This document shows, piece by piece, positions 1 to 13,210 of a stretch of 64,000 nt of DNA (the stretch's first letter is position 1; the number at the start of each line of letters is the position of its first letter). Source of the stretch: Ascidiella aspersa (taxonomy: Eukaryota); assembly GCA_963924565.1 (NCBI GenBank), contig OZ004611.1, forward strand, positions 6,882,001 through 6,946,000, in the 5' to 3' direction. Position numbers and translations under genes: made by a program. Under the pieces are notes generated by a model. It was not told the origin of the DNA and ran no database searches. It saw nothing but the letters and a program-made list of their open reading frames with translations.

Positions 1-683
1 GAGAAGTTACAGTACCCCCATTAAAAAAATGACATATAACAGCATGCACCGTACAACAAGTGTCAACGAAGAACAAACAATATTAAAATTCACCACGTAT
101 TCTCAAGACAAATAATCCTGCACTGTCTATAATGTTTATGCAACAGCATAAAAAAATAATAATACAATTATACTTTGGCAGCAAAAAGCAGCTTTAACCA
201 AATTAGGATTTATATGCTAAAAATAATGGTGGATTACAAGGTAATCCTTTAGAAATCGGATTTACAGAATTATGATCTAGTTAGTATGTAAGCAAGTACT
301 TGCTTTTTTGAGTGGCTTAAGCAATAAACCAGACAGGAATGCAACATTTAAATCAGGGGTAGAAAACCTTATCTGTTGAGGCGTATAACATTTTCTAACG
401 AATAAAGGTAAACAAAAGAACTGAAATCATAGACAGCATTGAAATACTTAATGATAATGGCACAGCAGCATTTTTTGGTACAAGCTATTTATTATGTATA
501 GCGTCACAATAAAATAAAAATATGGTTAACAGAGTCCCTGTCCTGTTTGAGACCACAAGCATGTGAGACCAGACCTTATAGCATTTGGGTGTATCAGGAA
601 GTTAATATTATAAATAACACATTAGTTGAAAGAAAAGTAAGCTAATTACAAAGGTGGTGCTGTTTTAACAACATGAAGTGGGT

Positions 684-2966
684 TTAGAGGTCATTTAAAA
701 TACGCTGTACACTGGTGTTAACTCGTTCAATAGAAATTCCTAACAAACAGCTTAGTAGTTGCAAGGTTTTTGTGATAGGTTTAGCAAATGTAATGTTGAA
801 GCACCAATAGCTTGACAAAAGTGCTACCACACCCTCAACGATGTCTTCTGTGCAACACAAAGGTTGCCCATCAACATACTCCAATAGGGTATGGAGTCTG
901 GACATCCGGCAAGTCATTCTAAAAAAGTGGATGATTATTGATTAAACAACAAAAGTAAAATATATAAAGCAGTATGCATATAAAAAAACCTCAATTAAAA
1001 ACACAAGAATATACTTCTTAAAAACAACGTAATTTTTGGTAGGGTGTTGTTTTGTAATTTCTTTTACAATTGTTGGCAATAGCACCAAGGTCTTTGTCAA
1101 GGAATCTAAATCAAATAAATTTGTTAAATATATTATGGATTGTTTTTTATATACTGTTTTACTTATTTTTATGAAACATACCTTTGTCAATCAATTGATG
1201 AAAAGACTTTGGTTTTACAAATTTTTGAAGATGTTCAAGTTTTTCACTCGTTTTTAGTTCATTCATTTTTTTAGAAATGTTTATTTCAGCTTCCAAAATC
1301 GTTGAATATATAAGTAAATATGCATACCATTACTGTGCTGTTCAGAGCAGGAAACTCTTTAATAATTTCAGAAATCGGATGATTCTGAAGATTTTTCGTC
1401 TTATATTAAATGTCCGTTGCATCCTATCCTTAATAAGATCTGTGTTTGGAGTTGTTTTCTTTAACTCCCCCTTCATTACCAATATATGGCATTTTATGCT
1501 TTCTTCGTCTTCTAAAATATCTTCACCAAGCTAGAATTAAAACAAAAAAGTAAAAAATATGTGTTTTAACAAATATTTTTTGCGTTAATTTACCTTTTGT
1601 GTCTTGGGTCTTGGCGAAAAGAGTCTCTTTCTTACCCCATATTTTATTTTCATTTTTTGTACTTGTGCATTAGAATGTAGAGGGCGACGCATGTCCTTTA
1701 GTCTCTGTCTTAAACTTCCAACCCATGTTCCCTAAATAACACAATGCATCAGAAAAATTTACCAGACTATATATATATATATACCTAAAGAACAAAGACA
1801 TACAATCGGTGATTTTGAATGTTTATCCTTTAGCACCGGGTACTTTCTGACAAGATCTAGCAGGATGTGACGAATTTGAATTGGTGCTGGATATCTGGAA
1901 TTGCAAACCAATAAATGGGTCAAATAAATATAAATACTATTAAGAGCTTTAACATCACAGAAATTATATTACAGTAATAGGCTGCATTATTTTCTAACTA
2001 TCATAAGAAAGAAGATGAAATATAAAACGCTATGCTTACATGTCATGTGTAGATATAGTGTCACACAGAACTTGAACAATTTTAGCCACCTCAACCACAA
2101 ACTTTGGGAAATCCGGCAACTTAAAATTAATGAACCAGTCCTCTGTTGAAGAAACAGATAAATTGGCTGCACTGCTACTGCTTTCTATGGATGTTTCACA
2201 CACAGATGTGTCTGAAAGACTACTTTCTCTTTGAAGATCACATTCTAAAAGTAACAAAACCAAGTTAGCACTGCAAAAATATTTGTTTTTACTTTGCATT
2301 CTTAAATGACAAATCACCAAGCAAATTAACTATAGTGGCCTGCTCAACACATTTTAATAGTCAACTAAAGCAGACATTATTTATATATAGTGTATATATA
2401 ATTATTAATATTATAGAAACATTTCAATCGGTAAATCAGGGTTGCTAGACAATTCCATAAAAACAATGGTTCATAGCTTTTCAAAGACTTTGAAATAAGG
2501 TCGCTTGACGTTTTATAATTTAAAAAAATAACAAAAAAAAATATAATTGCCATTGTCAAAAAAATAAAAAATAGTTCATTATTTTTAACGACATAACTTA
2601 AGTTTTTTTAATAACTATTTAAAATGCGATTCAATTCAACACATTTTAAAGATTCTATGGTGTGGCAACCCTGTAAATATATCAAAACTGTTACTGTAAT
2701 TAATATTACTCACAGGTTACTTCATGCCTACGGTGCTTATTGTACTCTATTTATTTATATAGGAGCAGCAAAACGTACCTTGAACCAAAATTTTGCCTGA
2801 CGAAGGCAAATCATTTTCCACATCAACCCAATCTTCAAATTGTTGATTATATATTTGCAATTTAAATAAAGAAATTGCAAACAATTTTGCTATAGATGAT
2901 TCCAGTTTTGATGAATCACAGCTTTATAATTCTTTTACTGTCTTTGTATGTAACGTGGTAACTCAT
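684..2966 (-). pseudogene. Multi-exon SAMD3-like accessory gene of a CACTA/EnSpm element (decayed)
   Basis: Manual translation gives N-terminal MSYHVTYKDSKRII..LQIYNQQFEDWVDVENDLP, then YPAPIQIRHILLDLVRKYPVLKD and WVGSLRQRLKDMRR, and C-terminal VDGQPLCCTEDIVEGVVALLSSYWCFNITF (ORF 684-917). It has short GT-AG introns and lies directly downstream of the transposase on the same strand. Confidence 0.7.
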
Positions 2967-5247
2967 TTTGTGGCAGACAACAATACAATTTTTTTACTAC
3001 ACCTGAAATATAATAAAACTCAAGGGTTTTATATGAGAACACAAACAAGCATAGTTAAAGTATAAATTTAGACGATTCTATGTCGTGACCTGTGGAAGCT
3101 GCTCCTTTTTTAAAAAAACTACATCGTCTGTGCAGATCACTTCAAAACTTTGCAACAATTTTAACAAACACTGGGATTTCATCAACAACATCAATAATAC
3201 ACACACTATTATTAGAATGAACTCTACCATTTAAAGAAACGCTTGACAACGTTAGTAAGTTTTTTGAGTCTATACCAGCACATTTGCTTGTGACAAACTT
3301 TTGCACATACATAGGAAGCTCAGAAACCTCAACAATTTGCCTTCCATAATATGGTCATCTTCACAAAGACAAGTCTTCCCAACACTTCAACATTTGCACC
3401 CGTTTTGACACTGTTAAGGTTATATTCTTAAAGTTGCGACACCTTAAAGCCACATTTTTCACTCGGCGATGAAAGGATTCATATCGCATACACCAAAAAT
3501 TCCTAAGAGGCCCAAACCTTAAAATCATCTCAGGATAATGTAAGAGAAAGTGAAACTTGGGAACAAGTATGTCAGGGCTTAATTTAAAACATGAATTGAG
3601 AAATTCTTTGCCATATAAAAGGAAGTAATCGAAACAAACACCAAGTTTCACTTGCACTTAAAGAAACCTTTCTATCACTGCGGACTACATCATTGGGTAA
3701 ACATCTAGGTTTATTAGTTTTGTCAGTTGTTCCAAATTTAAATGATTTAATCAAAGAGTTTAGTTTGCTAAAAGAGCATATTCTTGATGTAGCAAAGTGC
3801 CTAAACATTGCTTTTAAAGTAGCGGAGTGACACCTTCCAAGCAGTCGTGCATCACATCCGGAGGACAAAGCGTCACATGAAAACCACAAAGTTGATGCAA
3901 TGGGCAATCCCCTCGTACTCCGTATACTTGTAACAATGTGTGGGTGATCATTGGAAACATCCTTTACGTATGTGTCATGAGTAGTCGGTGTACGAGATGT
4001 ACACTCATAAGAATCAAATTTTGTTCTAAAATTTTTGTATGAACACATGCAATCTTGATATCCGTCCACTGCTAAAACATCTTGAAAATCCTCCAATGTC
4101 ATGTGCAGCAAGATTATCCGCAGACATAATAGCAATAGTTCCAAATATTAGTTTTGGATGGCCATTTCTGTTTACTAAAATGCCCTTGGTTTCAAGTTGC
4201 TTGCAATCTTCTAGCAGTGGAGCTAAACACTTTTTCGTACCCAACCTTGGAAACCTGGGCGGAATTCACTACCAAAGCTAGAAAGATGTTTTTTAAAGAA
4301 GATCTAAATTTAGCAGGTATGTTACCAACAGTAAAATATACACAGAATAATTTATTCCTTTTGCGTGAGGAACCAAGAGGGTTACATAGTTCGATCTCAT
4401 CACAGTACAGGAATATTTGTATAAATTCAGCATTTCCTTGAAAGTATGAATGTGTTTGAAACAAACTGCCAGATGAAAAATTAGTTAGTGTGTGTCACTG
4501 TCGTCATATGAGGTTACACAAGATTTGCTGAACTGTTTAAATACATCTTCATGTGCTAAATATTGCTGCAGTGTTTCAATTATAGAAACATAATGTAATA
4601 CAGTGGAGTTGGGTAAATTTACTGTGATTGGATCGATGAGACCAAGGCAAAGAAAGGCCTTTGCAGTAGTCGTTAAAAATTGTCTTGTTTTGCAGTTTTT
4701 CCCATGTCAAACCTAAAAAATTATCATCAATTAAATATTCATAGCATGTTGACAAATTTGTACCAGTAGAAATTGATTTTGTTGCTTGAAATTTAGAAAA
4801 TAAAGTAATGACATCGTCAATAACACCTTTTAAAGTAGATCTAGGGAGAACATATTTTTCTTGGCTTTTAATAATAAATAGTACCAAATTTTTTTTCATT
4901 GTAGAACAATTCATTATCAACAATATTGTCAGTGTTGCTGGTTAAATTAGTTGCTCCAGATTCTGCAGCTTCATTATAATTGTCAATCTGCATTTCAAAT
5001 TGGCTTGTTGTTAAAATGTTTAAATCAGTTAACAACTCTTGGTGCTGTCTTTCTAGGTGCTTATCGTAACTTCTCATGTTTTTGTATTGTCGTAAGCACC
5101 CACTTACTTTACATGTTATGTTTACTATGAAACTGATGAAATGTAATGAGATTCTCTTAAATGTTGCAGTAAATCTTTTTTGTTGAGAAATAAACTATGA
5201 CAGGCAGCATGAGGACATTCAATACCTTGTACAGCAGTATCCATCAT
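2963..5247 (-). mobile_element. CACTA/EnSpm (CMC)-type transposase pseudogene with two N-terminal C2H2 zinc fingers
   Basis: Frameshifted ORF pieces carry the typical motifs LYCDEIELCNPLGSSRKRNKLFCVYFTVGNIP, ADNLAAHDIGGF and PKFHFLLHYPEMILRFGPLRNFWCMRYESFH. The N-terminus reads CPHAAC..HLRESH and CKVSGC..HLERQH. Confidence 0.85.
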
Positions 5248-6859
5248 TAAATAAGTAGTAAAATAATCAAAATGACTCAATATTGGGTAAAACTGTTAAT
5301 CTGAACGATCAGCTTTTTATGATTTATGTAATTTAAACTACCAAGTTTTTAGAACAAACAATTTTCAGTCCATTCTTACTGTTCTGGCCGATAAGACGTG
5401 CCCTTACAAAATGTGGTAATTCTTCTAATGAATCAAATTACATATGCCCTAAAACTTTACGAACTCGAACGGCTGCCCTAACCTAACTCAATATGCAACA
5501 TACTGTAAACTATAGCAGAATCCTAAATATTCGACTGTGGTCAGCAAATACTAATTAGCACCGATTCTAATACTTTTTACCATACACAACACATACAGTA
5601 CAACAACACACAACTTAAATATAATTTTAACGCACAGTATCAAATTATTTTAATCTGTACATTGCATATTTTTATACTCTTAACAAAACCGACAGAAAAG
5701 ACTTTCGAAATCGATTGGTTGTCCTCTGCGCCACGCGATTGACCTTGCGCAATCTTATTGGTGGCAGGTCAAAGGTCGAATATTTTATTTACAGTTGGGG
5801 AGTGTATGTCATGAGAACTGGACTTGTATAACTTATATTTATGTAAGTTTGACAATTTCAAGAGAATTTAAATAAGATACAGGAATTTTCTGTTCTTATA
5901 AAAAAATATATATTGGTTTCCTACAGTTGCAATATTGTTATGAACCGGTATTTAATACTTTATTACCCCACAAAATCAGACAAGAATACATTCCAGGATT
6001 TGCACAAATTACAAAATCTGCATTAGTCCCGTAGGCTAAAAGGTTTTGTAATTAAATTCATTTACTGTTAAAAATGGGGTGGAAATCAACACCGGTGGCA
6101 TAAACCCCACATAAGGGTGTTCACACCCTAACGAAAAATCTCCACCTTAAAGGTGGCATTTCTCCACCCTTTGGATTTACTGAAGAAACCTTTCGGATAA
6201 CTCTGGGTGTCGGTTTTTTGGATGTAATAGTGAGGAGATTTCAGGTAATTGAAGTGCCCTTGCCGCCCCCCCTGAAACGGCGAACATTGTGGTAGGCAGT
6301 CGGAAACTGCACGGCCAATTGCCTGACCTCTCTCCGCTTCGATTAGTGCTCGCGCTACCCGAACCATAGATAGCTCACACAACCAGTTGACTGGTTTATA
6401 AGATCGATCTTCCACGCAACTCAGTTTTCTTATTGCCCAACCTCCCTTAGACTGACAATTGCATCAGAATAGAATTGTAGGTTCTGTTAAATTTGAATCG
6501 TTTTGTAAGTAGTATAAAGTAAGGTATTATATTAAGGTAATGGAAAATGTGATTAAACATGGAGAAGGTGGCAAAATAACTGGCGAGAAGTCTGACGTGA
6601 GATGATGCACAGCACCCTTTTTTAGAGAAATGTGTTTGGCGATTGGAACAACTTGGAACCGAGGTGACATGAGGTGGAAATGGGCTACAGCTCTGAGCAA
6701 AAGACGTGTGTGTCAGCAACATGTAGTACAGAAAAGATCGCGAAGAGGCGTTTCGCATTGTCTGCCGCAATCCCCCACTACTTGCTTACTACGTCAAATA
6801 ACAGTGATTCTTCAGTTCTTAATTTTTGGGTAAAATTAGAGGGCTTCAGCCGTAAAATC

Positions 6860-7085
6860 GAAATAAAAACAACATCAACCTTGGAATAGGGCAAAAATAG
6901 GACTAAATACCAATAGTCTTATATAACAAGACCTAAAAGACCAGGATCAGGAATATAAACCATTTTACAAGTGACTAACTCCCCTAATAATAAACCCTAA
7001 CCCCGAACAGGGCCAAAAAAAACAGGTTCCAAAACAGCCGCGCCCTTCAAACTAGGCCGAAAATTTGACACTAAAACGGCCAATG
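6860..7085 (+). repeat. Dispersed non-coding repeat (copy 1), possibly Helentron/Helitron-type non-autonomous
   Basis: Recognisably similar to the reverse complement of 13015-13210 (shared blocks ggaatagggc..aatagg, actaactc.cctaata, aacaggtt.aaaa, aaacggccaa). The family assignment is a guess. Confidence 0.45.
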
Positions 7086-8734
7086 TAATACGCTCTTCCT
7101 ACGGTTTATGTCTCTTATTCAGACGAAGTTTTTATTGTGTTGTCGTGACCCGTGGGTATTTTACTGCGTAGGCCTATTTGGCTTTATTATGTCGTTGGTG
7201 TTAATACTAATGGTACTATTGATTTTTCTGCTTCGATAAAGTATATTATTGCTAACATTCGAAGTTATTGTCGTCATTGACGTACGAGATATCTTCTTTT
7301 TACATATTCAGTTTGCATTGGCCATACGACAAGATATCCTCAGTGCCAACACTATCTACGTGTGAGAGAAAGAATAATTCTCCTTAAGCGTTGTTTACGT
7401 GAAAATGTGATTTTGCCATCATACCAACGCAGACGTTTGGATTTCGATCTCTAATTCAACAACAGAGGAAAATTAGACCTAAAGCAACTACCGACGAACT
7501 ACAGCTAAATCTAGACCATATTGGAACTGTAATCCATAAAACGTTCTCTTGCAACCTAAAGGCCAGGGGTTTATTCGAAAATTTAACCGCCTTCAAAACC
7601 AACAGAAGAATGTTTTGGTACCATTATGCTTACCGACAACAGCAATATTTTAAATCAAAAGGAAAAGAACAAGAAAGATACAAACGTAGAAAGGCTATCC
7701 ACCAATCTGCCAATTTTACACTGCATCAAGCAGAAAAGCTCATTTTAACAAATCTAAGGTAGTACTGGAAGACATGGACAACGGATTGTCGTGCCCACGC
7801 CTATGTGGTCAGATAAGATTGAAGACCAGGAAAAACGCAATCCAACATGTGTCGGGTTGAATGGAAGTTTGTCTTTGGTGACGATTTAAATGACAACGTT
7901 ATCATCCAAAATATTGGAGGCCATCCAATAAACTACTACTTGAAAAGGAACAATTGCGTACGGACAACTAGTTTTAGCTAAACTTTGGAATGTTGGACCT
8001 ACAGTAAAATGCCATGTACCGCACACGCAATAATAACCTTGGGCGCTATTTGAGACATAGCGTAGTGAAACTTCGACATCTAACGTTCACACGCAAAATC
8101 GTTATCTTAAAATAATGTTTGAACAACTGCCGTTTAACACCGACACGTATTCATAATTGACGATACGTATCTTTTGCAAATTGTTGGTATCAAGCATAGC
8201 GTTAAGGCTAACCCTGCCTACTACCCTTTTTTAAGACACATAAAATGACGGCCGAACAATTTTGCCCAAGATAATTGGTATTGCAATCCTCTGTCGAGAA
8301 TAACTGCATTTTTGGAGTATGTCCTTCAACCAGTGAGTGTTGCCTAATGCTCAAAAGGAGTTGCCGAGTATTACAGGGACAGCTCTGACTATATTCGGAC
8401 ACTTATCACTACAATCGGTTCTAAACTATGCAAGTCCGATTTGTATATTGTAACGGCAGATATAAAAGGTCACTCGTCACGAGTGCGTTGCAGGGGATGC
8501 GCCCAAGTCGAAGGACAAATTCCGTTTGAAAACTATTCGCACATAGCTGGTCAAATATGGTGTATGTTTTTCACACAAAAGCAAGGTCGCCACAGGTGTG
8601 ATGACCACTTCGTTTCACTTGCCAATGTTGTCATGCACTATGTTATTTCTCCAGGCTGCCAACGCCATTAATGGAATGGGAAGTTTTTAAACGGTTTATT
8701 GGCTGGAAATAGCATGTTTAGAAGTTTAACAACA

Positions 8735-8930
8735 TGTCGAATGAAATGTCTAGTTAACGATTGTACTGGCAATACTTATAATTAAATGGCTACTTTGCAA
8801 TTCAAACAGCAACATGTTAAATCAAACGCCTAGTTAACGATTATACTGGCAATTTTTGAAATGTTATATCTTACCTCGTAAAGAAAATGTGATCTATGAA
8901 AGGTCTAGTTTACAGTTGTAATGGCAGTAT
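8735..8930 (+). repeat. Degenerate tandem repeat with a period of about 80 bp
   Basis: The motif ctagttaacgatt(g/a)tactggcaat occurs near 8750 and 8830, with a weaker third copy near 8905. Confidence 0.55.
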
Positions 8931-9130
8931 TTTGGAATTAAATGACAACAAGACGTTAACAACTTTAGTATTTTAGGAATTATTAGAATACACTTTGAAA
9001 TTTAAACAGCAACATCGCCAATACAAAAAAACACCTATTGGAATTTAGCAATAGTTCGAATAACATAGAGTTTACTTTGCAGCCAAAACAGCAACTTAGC
9101 GAATGGAATCGCTACTTTTAGCGATACAAT

Positions 9131-9652
9131 CATGGGCGCCCGCACGATGGGGCAAGGGGGGTACTTGCGGCCCCCCGGAATTTCAAAATACGATTATTAG
9201 TATTATTTATAAGTATAATATGTATTACTTATGAAGGTTAAAAATATTATACATTATCCATTGCCCCCAGTGGCCGTATCCAGGGGGCGGGAGTTCTTAC
9301 CCTCTTTTTGTAAGTCGTTTTTGTCAGCTTTTGAAGTAATTGGGTCACGACGCGTCTTAATCTAATCTAATGCGAAACCAAAATGGAGTGTCTTTTGTTT
9401 GGTCGACCGTAAACGCTGGAAGTTTTTCTCTTTCGTTATTTGTTTAGGTTGACTGATTAAGTGGTCGCTTTTGCTGGACGTATTTGGCTGTTTCTGATTA
9501 ATTTTTTTATCACGTCTTGCACCACCATTCTATGACGTCATACTTTCACTGTTTTATGACGTCATTATTCATTAACGCCAGACGAAAAATACGGGAATTC
9601 CCTAAGTTGAAAATTCAGGACCCCCCTTTTTGATTTTCTGGTTACACCCCTG
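9131..9652. mobile_element. hAT-type MITE (composite of two left ends and one right end)
   Basis: Starts catgggcgcc, has a second end cagtggccgtatccag near 9269, and ends ctggttacacccctg. Flanks gatacaat (9123-9130) and aatacaat (9653-9660) form a 7/8 target-site duplication. Confidence 0.6.
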
Positions 9653-10719
9653 AATACAATAGCCATCGTATCGACAGCACAACAAATTTGGAAGCATCTT
9701 TAGGATTTTAACAATTAAGAGTGGGTGGAAAATAAAAAAATAATGGCTACTTTTAAAACGGCAACTAATAAATAAAATACAGCACCAATAACTTTAAAAC
9801 GTACAAAAGGTGATTGATTGTTACGTAAAAATATCAGCATTGTTTAAAGTGTAATCAAACCGGCGTACATCATGTTTTGCGATTCAAGAAAAAAATCAAT
9901 GAAGTAGCTACATGGCGAACGGGATGTATCGTATCTATAGCTAACTGTTTTAATAACAGTTTTGCGAATAGAATAGCAGCCAAACTATTGAAGAGGCATT
10001 GTTCAGATTTTGGCGTCATGTTAACCGAAGCTAGCTGGTTTCGAATAGGGACTGCACCAACATGTTGATTGGGATAAAACTTTTAATGTTTGACCTAAAG
10101 TAACCTTTGTAATCAGAAATAACGTAATAATTGCTTTTCTTGCGAAACCTAGATTCGAGTTAATTCTATTCCTTCTGGACTCTTATCTGACTTAAACTGA
10201 ATTAGGTGGGAGAACTTTTTTGGCATTATATAAATAAGGCGGCATATTTTGTGCTGACAGTTGCTATCAAGTTTTAATGCGTTATTTGCAAGTGCTATTG
10301 TAGATCACATCTCCCTTTTTGCCAGTTCTCTGAAGATTTTGATCAGCGATCTCTTTCCTGGTAAAAGAAAAGGAAGACGTGACACAGTCTTGAGCATTTT
10401 TGAGATAGAAAGATTGTTTTTGCGATAAAATTTAGAATAGGCTATTTCTTAAATACTCCTTCTATTTTTAAGTTTTTGGTAGTTGTTTCTGGTGAAAATG
10501 TCGCAGTGTAAACGCTTATCGAAGTATATAAAGCAATTTTTTTCTGGTAAACCGAAAACACGTACTGCTCTAACACCCCCGAAACCGCAATTCTGCTGAA
10601 AATGTTCAAGAGCAGTCGACTCTTCCTGTTGCAGCTGCACCGTCCAACAAGATATTTCAATCGTCGATTAATAAACTGAAAGATTTTGATGATGCTCTAC
10701 GAATGAAACGTGTTCACCC

Positions 10720-11570
10720 TCCATGCTGACGAATGTTTGCTTTGCTCTAAGCATCCATTAGCTATATCACTGGCCGAGGTTTGCTGATGTCTACACCAGC
10801 GTACCCGCCAGACCTCAGCGCCCCTCTCGTCTGGATATGCATCTGAGCTCGGAGCAACACCAGCAAGCAGTTAAACTGAACCAACGTGTCTCGCGATTTC
10901 ACACAAAGTATCAAGATCGTGTATTAAATAAAACCAAAACAGTGGCTGAGAGACTACACCTAATTTACTGGGTACTAAAAGAGGAAGAATCGAAAAGTTG
11001 CTTCCTTCCAAACAACTGCTGTCAAGCTATTCCGACTCTGGAAAGAGTAAACATGTCGCCATTGCATGCGATGGAGCTGCTGCAATGATAGGCCGCCGAA
11101 ATTCCCTCTCACAGAAATTGACTGCACAAAATCCGATTACCTACACAGACAGTGCAGTGCTGCCATGCGCATCGCTTAGCCTTGGCATGTACGGACACGG
11201 TAAATGAGCTACAACACATCGAGGATTGCGAACGTGGCTTCTTAGTCCAGTCGTGGAAGTACTTTTCAATTTCGCCGCTCAAGATCGCAAAACTACAAGA
11301 AATGCAAACTGTTGATGTGTTGATTCGTCTGCGCGAAAATTAGTTCAAGGCTCCCGTACTCGCTGGCTATCGCATGGCCAGACTGTAATCGCAATGAAAG
11401 CAGAAGACCCTGAGGTACTCTCTGCTTTTCGAATCTTTGATGCTAATGAGATTCCTCTTGATACCCCTCAGCGCCAGCTGCTTATCAGAAGATGTGACAT
11501 TGTTCCTGCTGAACAAACCTTGAAAACACTAAATGAATTTCAAACGTTGAAAGATAGAATGACAATTTTC
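10720..11570 (+). mobile_element. hAT transposase remnant, ZNF862/C17orf113-like
   Basis: Motifs VAIACDGAAAMIGRRNSL, CCHAHRLALAC, WKYFSISPLK and RTRWLS occur across several frames with large internal deletions. Confidence 0.8.
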
Positions 11571-13014
11571 GTATTAATTGATAGTATTGTGTGTCTTGTA
11601 GTAACAAAGTGGATTTGTATAATGCCGAATGCCTCTCGTTTGGTGATAGTTAATAGCGCTCATTAACACATATAACACAATATATTTTGAATTAGTAAAT
11701 TTGTGGTATGTTTTAGCTCTTTACCAACATTATTTGTCATTGTCCTTGTTCTAATAAACAAAGAATAAACTGTGTAAAAGGCAACCAAGCTTAATAAATA
11801 AAAGTTATAGCAATACTCTCATTGTGACATACACAAAAAAAACGTTTTCGTAAACGCGTAGTACATGTTGACGTAACAATTGCTATGTATATATAATGCA
11901 ATTTATTCAGGTAAGAAATATCGCCTAGTTAAAAAAATGCTGCTTAAAAGGTAACTTTTGAAGAAACGTACTAGCGACGTATGATCTGAGCTCTGCTATG
12001 CAGAAAGCCAAGTAGGCTACACCTGTGGGTGGTTATCTGAAAACAAGAACACTCCAATCCTGTATTAAACAGGTATATAATACTGGGTAAATGTATTTCG
12101 AGAGACATTATTTATATCCGCCCAAGAGATTAAACCTGTGAAAAAAACAAGATGCGTTTTTTTATGCGAGTATTAAGTTTTTCCTCGTATTTATGAATAG
12201 TTTGTATCTGAAGTAAAAAATAAATTAAGCCTATATTACAATGTAAAGCGGTAACAATAGCTTGATTTAAATAACTTCGGTAATATGTTTTTTAATAATC
12301 GCACCCCAAAAAATATTTATTCCTACGTCATTATGTATAATTTGCAAAATGAAACGTTAGCATGTCGTGCGTTCTTTTGCGATTACCAGTACTCGCAGCA
12401 TGGCTGACTCTTTTGTATCAATCAAATTACAAAATTGGGGTTTAAGTCAATACATCGAAAAGTTTGGTAAAGAATAAAATATTTTTTAGTTTTAAACTTT
12501 TGACTCCTTTGTATTGCTGCCGACCAGTCAACTTTCGAAAATTTTACTGTTCGGGAGGAAGATTTTTTAGTTAATAATTTAGAATTAAATAAAATGCATT
12601 CAAAGCAACTACATTTTCGATTTTTACTACAGGTATTTTTGTTCTGATAGCTGTAATATAAAAAATATGAAATACAAATTTTGCCAAGCACTGGATTCAA
12701 AATTTCTGTGGATAGAAAGTTAAAATGTAAAGGTTCATATAGGTCAAACATGTGGGGACAATCTGGGAATTCATGGGCTGTTTGGATTCGTTAAATGTTT
12801 TTAGTTCAGGCTACTGCTAAGGAAGATATACGCAGTTTGTCCCTATGTTGTGACGAATTTGCTAAGGGCATTTGTATACAAGTCAATTTTTTTCACTGGA
12901 GCAACTAAACACAAAGATTTTTGGTCTTTTGGATATGCTAGCTAGTAATCAATTTAAAAAAAGAGTTTAATTAAAAATGAAACGTTTTACCCCACTGATT
13001 GGGGGGCACATGTC

Positions 13015-13210
13015 TGGTTGGCCGTTTGCTTGCTACCGACATTTAGGCGCCGCTATTTTGGCCACGGGTTTTTGAACCTGTTTCGGCTTATGGGAGGGTT
13101 AAAAATATTAGGAGAGTTAGTGATATTAATGGGTTGGATTTAGGATTACTAGACAAAAGGTTATATAGGCCCTATTTACGCCTTATTCCTAACTGTGTGT
13201 TGTTCCAATT
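13015..13210 (-). repeat. Dispersed non-coding repeat (copy 2, inverted relative to 6860-7085)
   Basis: The reverse complement aligns by eye with 6860-7085. Confidence 0.45.

Noticed and set aside
6050-6085. Terminal inverted repeat of the first CACTA element (reverse complement CACCCCATTTTTAACAGT)
   Set aside because: Plausible, but no partner end or target duplication is visible in the window.
8208-8402. Penelope GIY-YIG endonuclease remnant (CPCN.TRQL..IRQH)
   Set aside because: The YIG core is absent and no RT motif was found nearby; too weak to call.
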